A DNA stretch of 64,000 nt from Macrostomum lignano. Lineage: Eukaryota. Below are positions 46,401-63,176 of the stretch, piece after piece. A program made the position numbers and the translations under genes. The stretch lies in assembly GCA_002269645.1 (NCBI GenBank), contig NIVC01001526.1, positions 209,594 to 273,593 of the forward strand. The letters are read 5' to 3'. The stretch's first letter is position 1. Each line of letters starts with the position of its first letter. Below the pieces are notes generated by a model, which worked only from the letters and a program-made list of their open reading frames with translations, ran no database searches and had not been told where the DNA came from.

Positions 46401-47644
46401 TCACAGTTTCAGCAGCAACTCACCCCCCCCCCCGACCAGGCAACGTCAAGGAGGACGACTGTCGCCGCTTTCCTCCGCACGGCTACCCGGGAGCTGCCGG
46501 GTTCGGCGGCCTCAGCGTCAACAGCCGCCTGGCGCCAAAGGTGCAGCCGCGCAACGCCGCCGGAATCCCGCTGGGCTCCGCCAGCCGAGGCGATTTGTAC
46601 AGATCGCAGGCGCTGCAACGTGCCAAAACTGGAACCAAGTACTGGTTCGAAGATAGGCAGCCCGCACCGCGTGAGCTGAGGGGGGAGCTGTGGTTAAGGG
46701 GTCAGATCAGGCCCATGCATTCATAACCAACTGCTTCCGGGTAGCTTAGTCAGTGTGTCTAACAGGAATTTTCTCATGTCTCTAGCAGGTAGCTTCTCAT
46801 GTCTCTAGCAGGTAGCTTCTCATGTCTCTAACAGGTAGCTTCTCATGTCTCTAACAGGTAGCTTCTCATGTCTCTAACAGGTAGCTTCTCATGTCTCTAA
46901 CAGGTAGCTTCTCATGTCTCTAACAGGTAGCTGCTCATGTCTCGAACAGGTAGCTGCTCATGTCTCGAACAGGTAGCTGCTCATGTCTCGAACAGGTAGC
47001 TGCTCATGTCTCGAACAGGTAGCTGCTCATGTCTCGAACAGGTAGCTGCTCATGTCTCGAACAGGTAGCTGCTCATGTCTCGAACAGGTAGCTGCTCATG
47101 TCTCGAACAGGTAGCTGCTCATGTCTCGAACAGGTAGCTGCTCATGTCTCGAACAGGTAGCTGCTCATGTCTCGAACAGGTAGCTGCTCATGTCTCGAAC
47201 AGGTAGCTGCTCATGTCTCGAACAGGTAGCTGCTCATGTCTCTAACAGGTAGCTACTCATGTCTCTAACAGGTAGCTACTCATGTCTCTAACAGGTAGCT
47301 TCTCATGTCTCTAACTGGTGGCTTTCTCATGTCCCTAACAGGTAGCTTTTTATATCTCTAACAGGAAGCTTCTCATGTCCCTAACAGGTAGCTTCTCACC
47401 TTCACTATGTAGCTTGTCATGTCTAACTGTTCTTTTCATACAGTCCTATTCAAACAGGCTTCTAGAGTCGCGTTCTATTCAAGTAATTAGCAAAGTTTCT
47501 ACTGATAGTAATGGAAGAAGGGCATGGTTATAATAGAAATTTATTATCACAAGAATCCGTAATTTATAACGATAATTTCTTCGCATTCCAGTCGTGCCCA
47601 ACACAATCCAAGGCAGAATAATGAAGTCTGGTTCGGCCTACTGA
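43448..47644 (+). CDS. Uncharacterised ~300-aa protein; exons 43448-43536, 44895-45003, 45311-45704, 46413-46670, 47592-47644
   Basis: Five GC-rich segments joined by GT-AG junctions with consistent phases (2,0,1,1) give a 903-nt open frame MSSGIQRPKTAGP...SRGDLYRSQALQRAKTGTKYWFEDRQPAPLVPNTIQGRIMKSGSAY*. No recognised domain. Confidence 0.7.
43570..44390 (+). repeat. 24-bp minisatellite (AACTGTCTTAGAAATGTAAGCGTC)
   Basis: Tandem units in intron 1 of the orphan gene. Confidence 0.93.
44625..44822 (-). mobile_element. Truncated copy of the tRNA-derived SINE
   Basis: Shares GCCGTTAATTGCACGAGCAGAGCCAAGCCGAGATTCCAATT...GACTGCACTTGGAATCGAGC with 28280-28370. Confidence 0.8.
45757..46336 (+). repeat. 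~20-bp minisatellite (TCTGACACTGACATCTGACC)
   Basis: Direct observation. Confidence 0.92.
46772..47395 (+). repeat. 23-bp minisatellite (CTCATGTCTC(G/T)AACAGGTAGCT(G/T))
   Basis: Direct observation. Confidence 0.95.
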
Positions 47645-48299
47645 ACCGGAAGACGCAAGAAGAAAATCTCTGAAAAAATGAATACTTTTTTTGCGATGAC
47701 AGTCGTTGCAAAGGAATATAGCTAATTAACTATGCCTTGGGTTCTATTATTACGCTAGTGCTGTAATAGACAGCCCTTTAAAAGCGCATGTCCTCTCAAC
47801 AAGCGATTAAGTGATAGCGTTTCACGTATTTTTTGGTAGAAAAAATATATAGACTTTTTATTGCTTTGAATTTGGAATCCAGAAAATGTTTCGATAAAAT
47901 TTAGATAGGGTAATTTTCCGGAATGAAAAGTGCTGTTTTTACGAAATCTAGTTTCTTTTTCAGAAGGTAGATCTTCAACGCTAATACGGTAGAAATGTGC
48001 ACGCGCACTACAATTTGTCTAGTTTTTGCGCCTTGACTTCCCCTACCTGACAGAATTCTATCCTTTAATAAACATGCAGTTAAGCAAAAATCAAAAATCA
48101 CATAACTGAGTTTTCTTGATTTTTTCGCCCTTGTCTCTCAGGCTGCCTTTGAGTTTTGTGTCGCATTGTCTGTCATTATCTGTTCGGTTAGACCTCAGTC
48201 TGACGCAAATGGCTATTGTGTTTGAGGGAAGATTCTGGAAAATATGAAGTCAATATGATTGCAGTACATGTAGGAAATTACTTTGACTTAATTAGGGCC

Positions 48300-49326
48300 T
48301 ACTTGACACTCTTGAGTAACTTCTGTGTGCCACTCTTGAGTGACTTCTGTGTGACACTCTTGAGTGACTTTTGTGTGCCACTCTTGGGTGACTTCGGTGT
48401 GACACTCGCGAGTGACTTCTGTGTGACACTCTTAAGTGACTTTTGTGTGCCACTCTTGGGTGACTTCTGTGTGACACTCGCGAGTGACTTCTGTGTGACA
48501 CTCTTAAGTGACTTTTGTGTGCCACTCTTGGGTGACTTCTGAGTGCCACTCTTGAGTGACTTCTGTGTGCCACTCTTGGGTGATCTGTGTGCCACTCTTG
48601 GGCGATCTGTGTGCCACTCTTGGGTGATCTGTGTGCCACTCTTGGGTGATCTGTGTGCCACTCTTGGGTGATCTGTGTGCCACTCTTGGGTGATCTGTGT
48701 GCCACTCTTGGGTGATCTGTGTGCCACTCTTGGGTGATCTGTGTGCCACTCTTGGGTGATCTGTGTGCCACTCTTGGGTGATCTGTGTGCCACTCTTGGG
48801 TGATCTGTGTGCCACTCTTGGGTGATCTGTGTGCCACTCTTGGGTGATCTGTGTGCCACTCTTGGGTGATCTGTGTGCCACTCTTGGGTGATCTGTGTGC
48901 CACTCTTGGGTGACTTCTGTGTGACACTCGCGAGTGACTTCTGTGTGACACTCGCGAGTGACTTCTGAGTGCCACTCTTGAGTGACTTCTGTGTGCCACT
49001 CTTGGGTGATCTGTGTGCCACTCTTGGGTGATCTGTGTGCCACTCTTTGGGTGATCTGTGTGCCACTCTTGGGCGATCTGTGTTCCACTCTTGGGTGATC
49101 TGTGTGCCACTCTTTGGGTGACTTCTGTGTGCCACTCTTGGGCGATCTGTGTTCCACTCTTGGGTGATCTGTGTGCCACTCTTTGGGTGATCTGTGTGCC
49201 ACTCTTGGGTGATCTGTGTGCCACTCTTGGGTGATCTGTGTGCCACTCTTTGGGTGATCTGTGTGCCACTCTTGGGTGATCTGTGTGCCACTCTTGGGTG
49301 ATCTGTGTGCCACTCTTGGGTGATCT
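48300..49326 (+). repeat. 22-24-bp minisatellite (CTCTTGGGTGATCTGTGTGCCA)
   Basis: Direct observation; source of the 269-361-aa pseudo-ORFs. Confidence 0.96.
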
Positions 49327-49748
49327 GTTTGCGTGCACTGCTAAGTGAACTTTGGAGTAAAATCTGTGATCGAAGCTGTGTCATTTGCGATAAATGAAAA
49401 GTACTGCATGTGCTTTTAAAAGCCGGAAGTGACCTCCGTTGTAGTCAAAAGAAAAAATCAGTGAATGCTCAACTGAAGTGAGGCAATAGGTCCCCGACTC
49501 GGGGCCTACAACATGGCTAAGCAAAATCGCCAGTACACGGGTTTATTTTTCTGTCTAAAGTTGAACATTACTCAGCTTCTACAGTCGCTATGGATACGCT
49601 GGTCTAAGTTTAAGCGAGACGGAGCTAGCGAGGATGGTTAATAAAATAGCTGTCAGCAAGCAACACTAAGGTTAGTTAAAAACCTGTTTGCCAATTAGAC
49701 GATCAATAATTGAGTAGAGCCTCAACTATTTGATAGATGTTCTCAATC

Positions 49749-50541
49749 TCAACCGGTGCGAAGCATGTCGAACATCGTCCGAATCTTCTTCATTGACATT
49801 GTGCCAGAGTGGCGCTTCCGCAGCTCCTGATTGCTCGGCGATTGGCCCCGATGATGGAGCAGGAAGCTGCGAATCTTCTGCATCAGCTCACGACGCTGGA
49901 ATCGGATTATTGAATTGGCTTCTTATGTTTCTTGCTATTTTACATACCAAAGGCCCTAGAGTTGAGGCTCTCTACGAACTGTTTGAAGAGTTGAGGCTCT
50001 CATCGTAATGGAATTACGGAGATTTCAGGAGATTTTCGAAAAATCGACAGACAGAATTTTCACTCTCCATTTACTTTGAGGCTCTCGACGCTCTTACATT
50101 TATGTAGACCTTATTTAGGCTCCTACTTCTTTGCAAGACGAATCTTTCTACGCGTTGAGGCTCTCTATCTATAAACATCTCTAATAGCTGCAACAAAAGC
50201 TCTCGACGAAGCCTCCAAAAGTTTTGGACTCCTACGAGTCTCCCAAAAAATCGGGGCTCTCCACGATCGAACCTTTAGAGAGTTTAGGCTCTCGCCTGTT
50301 CTGTAAATCTACGATGATGCACGTAATACGCTCGTATTAGAGGCTCTCTACGAACCCGCCTGAGTAAAACTATTTTACTCACGCGCTCGAACTGGTCGTC
50401 AGTCGGAACAGAGCTAGCAGCGTCCGAGAAGTCGCCCTCGTTTTCAAAGTCGACTACGTTCGAAGCGCCATCTCGACTCTGCTGCGGCAGAGCCAGACAG
50501 GTAGCTGAGATAAAGCTCATGATGAGCAAAGAAGCAATCAT
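49749..50541 (-). CDS. Putative neuropeptide prohormone; exons 50541-50383 and 49895-49749; predicted amidated peptide HSGTMSMKKIRTMFDMLRT-NH2
   Basis: Signal peptide MIASLLIMSFISATCLA, acidic spacer, GTGAGT donor after FER (phase 0), CCAG acceptor. Exon 2 reads RRELMQKIRSFLLHHRGQSPSNQELRKR-HSGTMSMKKIRTMFDMLRT-G-stop. In-frame upstream ATGs also exist. Confidence 0.72.
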
Positions 50542-50654
50542 GATGACGCATCCCGTGCCGCTTTTGTGTTGCTGACCGAGCATTCTTGCAAAGTTCAGAT
50601 CCTGCATCAACGAAAGCATAGTGCAAGCGTAAGTTTGTGTCTCTTAAGGCCACC

Positions 50655-51270
50655 TACCCCCATTGATTTCAGGTCCTTCCTTTGAAGTGCCTACAACCCC
50701 CCATTGATTTCAGGTCCTTCCTTTTATGCGCCGACAGCCCCCTCATTGATTTCAGATCCTTCCTTTTATGCGCCGACAGCCCCCTCATTGATTTCAGGTC
50801 CTTCCTTTTATGCGCCGACAGCCCCCTCATTGATTTCAGGTCCTTCCTTTTATGCGCCGACAGCCCCCTCATTGATTTCAGGTCCTTCCTTTGAAGTGCC
50901 GACAATCCTATAGATTTAAGGTCCTTCCTTTAATGGGCCGACAACCCCCATTGATTTCAAGTCCTTCCATGTGCTGACAACCCCCCATTGATTTCAAGTC
51001 CTTCCTTTAATGTGCCGACACCCTCCCATAGATTTAAGGTCCTTCCTTTGAAGGGCCGACAACCCCCATTGATTTCAAGTCCTTCCTTTAATGTGCCGAC
51101 AACCCCCATTAATTTCAAGTCCTTCCTTTAATGTGCCGAAAAACCCCCATTGATTTCAGGTCCTTCCTTTGATGTGCCGACAACCTCCCATTGATTTCAG
51201 GTCCTTCCTTTGATGTGCCGACACCCTCCCATTGATTTCAAGTCCTTTGATGTGCCGACAACCCCAATTG
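50655..51270 (+). repeat. ~42-bp minisatellite (CCCCTCATTGATTTCAGGTCCTTCCTTTTATGCGCCGACAG)
   Basis: Direct observation. Confidence 0.92.
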
Positions 51271-54200
51271 ATTTTCAATTCTTCTTTTAAAGGACTCCAT
51301 GTTTTTCTTGCATTTTGCATCCTTTCAGACACCCACCGAATTCATGTAAACGAAGCGTAAAATTTCAAGTGTACTGTAGCTAAAAATCTGAGAAAAATTT
51401 CGATAACAAAACGCTAAACAAAGCCACGAGCTTCACAGCACTCAGCTGAGAAACAAAAAGTTTCTTACATAGTTGGTAACTGTTCCACTAATGTTTAAAG
51501 CATATCTGGGCAAAAATTTTTACTTTTAAGCTGGTTCTGCAAGCGGCTTAGGCCAAACTCAACTGCAAGAAATTGATGCAAGAAAAATAACTAGAAGCAA
51601 CAAGAAGGGGCCGGACCGGCCTGTCCATTGCACTTGTGGCAGCTGGTCCCCTCTGTAATCCCCCCCGGATAATGGCAATTGATTTGATCGCTTAAACCGC
51701 TTCTGTTTCTTTCCCAGACTCTGTCAATCAATACGGATTGGAATTTGAAAATAAGCAGACAGATGCAAGTAATATGCTTCATCGCTCCAGAAGAGACAAA
51801 AAAGCATATGCAAAAGTTCTAAATCAAATCCGCCTTGTCAAACTTACCAATAAGAAAATGGTCCACAGGATTATATTGGGTAAAGATCGAGAATTCAGTA
51901 ACGATTGCTCAGATTTTGTCTTGTACTGTCAAGAGTCGGCGTCTCTAAAGCGAGATTTTCTAGCATGCTTTTTATAGAGAGACTAGCTGATAGATATAAT
52001 TGTCAGCAAGGCGTGGCCCTGACCAATGGGGATTGAGATCTGGGACTGGGATCGAAGGCGGCTCGTATTTTCTATTACTAAATTAGGCAAAGAGACTGTC
52101 GCAGGTTTTGCACAGGATTCACAGAAAATATTCTGACTATAGTATCCTATTAATCCAGATTTTTTAAATTTAGGAAAACTTATAAACGCTCATATTTTAA
52201 AAAAAGACTTGATCTTTTAAAAAATTAGGTAGGATTTATCAAAACATATTTTAGAGTTTTCCACTAGGGATTTCTGAGAGAAAATCCACGATTCTTCTTA
52301 GAAAATCGTTTCTAAGAAACGACTCGGGTTTTCTGAGGAAAAACGTTAAACTTAGAACATAAGTTTTTCTAAGAATTTTAATTGGCTTTCTAAGAGACCG
52401 TCGATTTTTAATGACGTTATTATGATTTCTAAGAATAATAGTGGATTTATTACAAAAGTTCCACAGTTCTTTAAAACGCATTATATGCCTGCTAAGAGAT
52501 ACGACGTCGGTCTTGTGATAAAGTATCCGCATGATTTCTAAGAAATATCGGTAGGTTTTCTATGAAATAATATCCCGTTAAAAAATAATCGCTAACTTTT
52601 CACGAATAATCCCGAGGTTTCGATGCAGTATCTTGGGCCTTCTTACAAAAAAGCATCATCGGGTTTCAATGAAGTATCTAAGGATTTCTAAGAAATATGC
52701 TGGGTTTTCTAAGAAGCATCGTAGACAGTTGAAGAGATATCACCCGGTTTTGATAAGGTTTCACTGGATTTCTCCATGGGGTTTTCTAAGAAGCACCGCA
52801 GGTTTCCAATTTACAAGATAACACTGTGGTGTTGTATATTGTAACGGTAACTTCCAGTGGTCCTTAGTTCGAAGTTTGATTATGTATACTTAGGCTACCT
52901 CCTTTTTCCTTAATGAATCTTTATCAGCGGTTATTCAGACTACGGTTTCTCAGCGCCCACTGCTCAACAAGTTAATTAGCATATACTACTGTTCTCCCGA
53001 AAATGCAAATAAGCCCAACCAATCTGCACTCAGTCTGAATGAAGCTCAGCTGCAGCCTCGTCCTACTCAAAACAATTCTCGAGTGACAAGATGCCACTCA
53101 GTCAGATTAAAATTCGAATTCGATCTTGTAGTTGTCGGCATCAATTCGAAGAAAATTTCTGAAGACAGTCTGAAATTCTGTTTGACAGAATGTTAATTAT
53201 AGGCAGAACTTCGAGTCTTACCTGGGCTCAAACAGTCTGTAATTATATGACCGCTACATGCAGAAGGCAGAAGGAAGGCTGTCTGCAAAATCGTTGCAGC
53301 AAATTTTGCGACAATAGCCGGGGCCATTGCTATTCAGGAAGAAACAACAAGCGAGCAGCAGTTCCTAGGAAAATTGCTAAATTATAGTCATGCAGAACGC
53401 ATCTTCGCAAAGTTGAGGCGCCCGCAATGCACCTGCTCAGATGCCACGTCTCATTATAGTTTACGCTTCAAGTTGAAGCAGTCAGCATACCTGCCTAGAG
53501 CTGAGATCCCACAACTCACTGCTCAAAGTTTAAAATTTATTAAATCGATAAAATTTGGATCAGATAGAGTTTAGATTTACAGGTTCGAAAGCTATTTTTG
53601 ACAACAAAGCAGTGCGCCAATGCAGTGCCAAAACATCCGGCCATATTTAGACGTGAGGACATGACATGAGCCAGACAGCTCAGAGACTGAGTTTGCGTGC
53701 GTGCTGAGATCAAACAATTGAGCAATCAAGTTATCAGCTCGTGCTGCCTTTTACATTCCTTACTTGAACTGAGCATTCGGCTCTTTGATGCAAAGGTTTG
53801 ATGCAAAGCAAATCAGATATCGTCACACAGCACCATGCAGTGCCTTGGAGGGGTTTGGCTTTCATAGCTGTGAAGTCCGGATTGTTGCTGCAAAATGTTG
53901 ACAGAAATTGCTGTTTTGATTTAACAATAACTAGAACACATCTCACCGTGAACTGAACTTGCAAATAGGTTGACAAAACACACAGTTCTTCAGTTTACAA
54001 TTCAGAAGTTTAATAAGGTGAAGCTATAGGCAGTTCGGCTTCGTAATGCTAAAAAAGGAACTGAAAATTTCCGAAATCTCGATAACTAATTTTACAACGT
54101 CCTTAGCTTCTGGCTTATTTTAGTTGGCCCACGGGCAGCATCCCGTCTGTCACTGAGCCCGTTTAGCCAGAGCCCATGGAACAAGCCGCTGTGCTCATGT

Positions 54201-54373
54201 TAACAATGTCTGATTTATTATTAACTAATGCGTAACCGACTCCCGATCGCGGTGCAGCGGCCATAATAACAGTTTTGGAGGTCGTAAAACACGGCAGAAA
54301 TTTCTTCACCAACCGTGCATTATGCATGGCTGAGGTGAAGCGAACCTCTCGCTGACTGTGCGCCTGCAGTTCG

Positions 54374-58532
<4,159 letters not shown>

Positions 58533-58769
58533 CTAAAATTATTCTAATACTAGAATTCTCAGTGTTTGCTTGCGGAAAAAATGCTTTATAAGAACAACAA
58601 CCGACTTACCATAGACTATAATACTCCTGGATAATAAAAATCAGAAATTCTTTCAGAAGTTTAAACAAAACAGTATAGTACGAAACTTAGAAAGAGACCA
58701 GATCCAGCTACTCAAAAAGATGGCATCAAAAAGTCTCAAAGTCTCAAACTGTCGACAATGGTACCAGAG

Positions 58770-60340
58770 GCAATTGACAGTGACACCGTGTAGATCAGAC
58801 ACAATCGACAGTGACATTGTGTAGATCATGCACAATCGACAGTGACACTATGTAGATCAGACACAATCGACAGTGACACCGTGTAGATCAGACACAATCG
58901 ACAGTGACATTGTGTAGATCATGCACAATCGACAGTGACACTATGTAGATCAGACACAATCGACAGTGACACCGTGTAGATCAGACACAATCGACAGTGA
59001 CATTGTGTAGATCATGCACAATCGACAGTGACACTATGTAGATCAGACACAATCGACAGTGACACTGTGTAGATCAGACACAATCAGCAGTGACACTGTG
59101 TAGATCAGACACAATTGACAGTGACACTGTGTAGATCAGACACAATTGACAGTGACACCGTGTAGATCAGGCACAATCGACAGTGACACTGTGTAGATCA
59201 GGCACAATCGACAGTGACACCGTGTAGATCAGGCACAATCGACAGTGACACTGTGTATGTAGATCAGACACAATCGACAGTGACACCTTGTAGATTAGAC
59301 ACACTGTGTAGATCAGACACAATCGACAGTGACACCTTGTAGATTAGACACACTGTGTAGATCAGACACAATCGACAGTGACACCGTGTAGATCAGGCAC
59401 AATCGACAGTGACACTGTGTAGATCAGGCACAATCGACAGTGACACTGTGTAGATCAGACACAATCGACAGTGATACTGTGTAGATCAGACACAATCGAT
59501 AGTGACACTGTGTAGATCAGACACAATTGACAGTGACACTGTGTAGATCAGACACAATCGACAGTGATACTGTGTAGATCAGACACAATCGACAGTGATA
59601 CTGTGTAGATCAGACACAATCGATAGTGACACTGTGTAGATCAGACACAATCGACAGTGACACTATGTAGATCAGACACAATCGGCAGTGACACTGTGTA
59701 GATCAGGCACAATCGACAGTGACAGTGTAGATCAGACACAATCGACAGTGACAGTGTAGATCAGACACAATCGACAGTGACACCGTGTAGATCAGACACA
59801 ATCGACAGTGACACCGTGTGGATCAGACATAATCGACAGTGACACTGTGTAGATCAGACACAATTGACAGTGACACTGTGTAGATCAGACACAATCGACA
59901 GTGACACTGTGTATGTCGATCAGACACAATCGACAGTGACACCTTGTAGATTAGACACACTGTGTAGATCAGACACAATCGACAGTGACACCTTGTAGAT
60001 TAGACACACTGTGTAGATCAGACACAATCGACAGTGACACCTTGTAGATTAGACACACTGTGTAGATCAGACACAATCGACAGTGACACTGTGTAGATCA
60101 GACACAATCGGCAGTGACACTGTGTAGATCAGGCACAATCGACAGTGACAGTGTAGATCAGACACAATCGACAGTGACACTATGTAGATCAGACACAATC
60201 GACAGTGACACTGTGTAGATCAGACACAATCGGCAGTGACACTGTGTAGATCAGACACAATCGACAGTGACACTGTGTAGATCAGACACAATCGGCAGTG
60301 ACACTGTGTAGATCAGACACAATTGACAGTGACACCGTGT
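58770..60340 (+). repeat. 31-bp minisatellite (GACAGTGACACTGTGTAGATCAGACACAATC)
   Basis: About 50 tandem units. Confidence 0.96.
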
Positions 60341-60700
60341 AGATAGATGCAGATAGAACCATTAGGACATGTTGGTCTCATCAAAAAAATCTGAAAATTT
60401 TGTGAAAAAAGATTCGACAGAGTCTTATAGAATGAATCAAGGCAGGTTAATAAGAACTCGGAGAAGATGAGCCGATTTTAACGGTTCTGAGAAAGTAAGG
60501 GAAGTACGTTGTAAGTACGCTTGTAAGCAAACTAGTTCGAGTCTTTTGAAGGCTTGAATTAATGAAACATTTCTTGAGCACCTGCGAACTCCCAAGTGAA
60601 GAAAATTGAGCATGCCTGAGGCCATCTCGAGTGGAACTCTATGAGCAATTTTGAGACGCACAATCAAACTAGCCGTTCCTAAGAGCAGCCAGCTAGTTAC

Positions 60701-60920
<220 letters not shown>

Positions 60921-61804
60921 AGAAGACTTATTAATAAAGGATTTGCTATCTTTGAAAAGCGGTGGTTTTTTAAATTCCCTAGTCTGAGATGGATTAGAAG
61001 CATCAGGCTTTGGATTTTTAGAGAAGGAGAATTCCCTACTACCTAAGGACAGAAAAATCTCCTCACAGCCCACTCTCATCCCGTGTTCAAAGCTTTCATT
61101 AACTCCAGAACCAATCACGATCGGTTGGCATCAAATCCAGTTCAGTCGTTTCATTCTCTCAAATTTTGTTATTGAAAGCTTATAACAGCTCGAGACGCAG
61201 GTCCTCCAGCGGCACGAAGCGGGTTTTTAGTCCAGAACTTCTCTTGAACTGGAGCTTGTCTCAACGTACTAACAGGTAAGTTTTGCTGATATATATTGAA
61301 TGTTATAGAAAGATCAACAGAGCATATTAATACATGCTCTCAGACAGGCTGCATCATGAAATTCGCTCAGTTTTTCATAGCTGCAAAAAATTCGCGCTTT
61401 AGGCGGCAAATAAATCAAATTATTTGATATTATCCAAGCCAGCAGCTTGAGTTCCCTTGAGGCTTGATGGAGCATGGATTAGCATAATGGATTCAGTTTA
61501 GTGCTTGCTAGATCGAACTGGTCGTAGTGACGCGGTCTCAAATTCGATAGATTAGAAAAACAAGAGCAAACATAAAAATGATTTTTCCTATTAATCGGTG
61601 ACGCACCGCGAGCCATACGGCATATGGCACATTGGCATATTTTACCGACTCTCTCATTAAATATGCACCCCACAGGATTAAGTTGTAAAATATAAGCTGC
61701 GAGTAAGTAAATCTAGCCACCATTTCCTTCTTAACAACAGCAACATCCACACGAAGGATTAACTACCGCGTGCACCTTGAGATATCGTTGACGCTAATTC
61801 AAGC

Positions 61805-62395
61805 ATGGTGCGTTATGGAACGGCTTTTGCTATGGCAGTCATTGCCGTTGTCTGCTTCTTGACGGTCGAGGCTCACGAAAGCAAGCGACGCTACAACTAC
61901 CTGAGGGACGCCATGCTGAGCAAGCGAGGCTACAACTACCTGAGGGACGCCATGCTGAGCAAGAGAGGCTACAACTACCTGAGGGACGCCATGCTGAGCA
62001 AGAGAGGCTACAACTACCTGACGGACGCCATGCTGAGCAAGCGAGGCTACAACTACCTGAGGGATGCCATGCTGAGCAAGCGAGGCTACAACTACCTGAC
62101 GGACGCCATGCTGAGCAAGCGAGGCTACAACTACCTGAGGGATGCCATGCTGAGCAAGAGAGGCTACAACTACCTGAGGGACGCCATGCTGAGCAAGCGA
62201 GGCTACAACTACCTGAGGGACGCCATGCTGAGCAAGCGAGGCTACAACTACCTGAGGGACGCCATGCTGAGCAAGCGAGGTTACAACTACCTGAGGGACG
62301 CCATGCTGAGCAAGCGAGGTTACAACTACCTGAGGGACGCCATGCTGAGCAAGCGAGGCTACGAATACCTGCATAAAGCAATGAGAGAAATCTAA
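61805..62395 (+). CDS. Multicopy neuropeptide precursor: signal peptide, then 12 x (G/R)YNYL(R/T)DAMLS and 1 x GYEYLHKAMREI, separated by KR
   Basis: Hydrophobic signal AFAMAVIAVVCFLTVEA. Every 13-aa unit ends in dibasic KR. Several differences between units are synonymous (CGA/AGA, GAC/GAT, GGC/GGT). A diverged terminal unit precedes the stop. Confidence 0.9.
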   Translation: MVRYGTAFAMAVIAVVCFLTVEAHESKRRYNYLRDAMLSKRGYNYLRDAMLSKRGYNYLRDAMLSKRGYNYLTDAMLSKRGYNYLRDAMLSKRGYNYLTDAMLSKRGYNYLRDAMLSKRGYNYLRDAMLSKRGYNYLRDAMLSKRGYNYLRDAMLSKRGYNYLRDAMLSKRGYNYLRDAMLSKRGYEYLHKAMREI

Positions 62396-63176
62396 ATCTG
62401 GCCAAAGTTCAATAAGTTTGGCTTGGCTTTGGCTTGATACCAATATATTGGCGTATCAATAAAGTTGATGAAACCTATACGATATAAACTAAGATTTATC
62501 AAGAAACAGTTCTTGTATTTTTCGATTTAAAATTACACAATATGCAGCCACTATTTGCTCTGAATTTATAATTTTAATCTGATCAGAGGAATAACTAATG
62601 AGTTCGCGAGATCCCCTACGGCTGTCTCTGATATATATAATAAAATATTTATTAAAGCCTATAGGCCAAGCCTTGCAATCCTTTGATTTTCACTCTGCTT
62701 TCTGTTTCTTATTAAGTTTTTCGGTAAGAAAGACGGATTCTGCAGTGCAGGGTAGCAGAGTTATTATCGATTGATTGATCCACCATAAAATAACTGGCTT
62801 AGTGGGATGAAATTTGCAATGATTTTTGACGTAAATAAAGCTCATATTATAAGAACTGATTCTACTGTTCAAATTTTGGCTTGTACTTTTTTAATGCAGA
62901 TTTGTGTATAGTTAAGACTAAGCTATTTCGAAAAGATAGTATAGAGATGATTCACTTTTATGATATTTATCACATCTAGCCGAAAAATCTCTTATATTTA
63001 GCAGGGAAGATCTCACAACCTATGGAAGATATTATCAAGCAAGGAAACTTCATATTTTCAGAAGCATTTTACATCTAATACGTTTATCAACAAATTCCTA
63101 TATCCAACAGAGATCATAGCACAGAAGATCTGGATCTGGATACGGTGACCGCAAGAACAACAGGATACACTACATG

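Noticed and set aside
48292-49384. 269-361-aa ORFs in three frames
   Set aside because: These are translations of a 22-bp minisatellite. The same applies to ORFs at 10283-11000, 20906-21545, 24429-25166, 30766-31677, 42166-42732, 45696-46380, 54163-55612 and the 3' part of 36459-37570.
58770-60340. CRISPR-like or RSS-like array (31-bp unit containing CACTGTG)
   Set aside because: The repeats are contiguous with no unique spacers and no cas genes. The RSS heptamer has no nonamer at 12/23-bp spacing.
61799-62443. Antisense ORFs over the neuropeptide gene (214 and 188 aa)
   Set aside because: They are shadow frames of the 39-bp coding repeat, with no signal peptide or processing logic.
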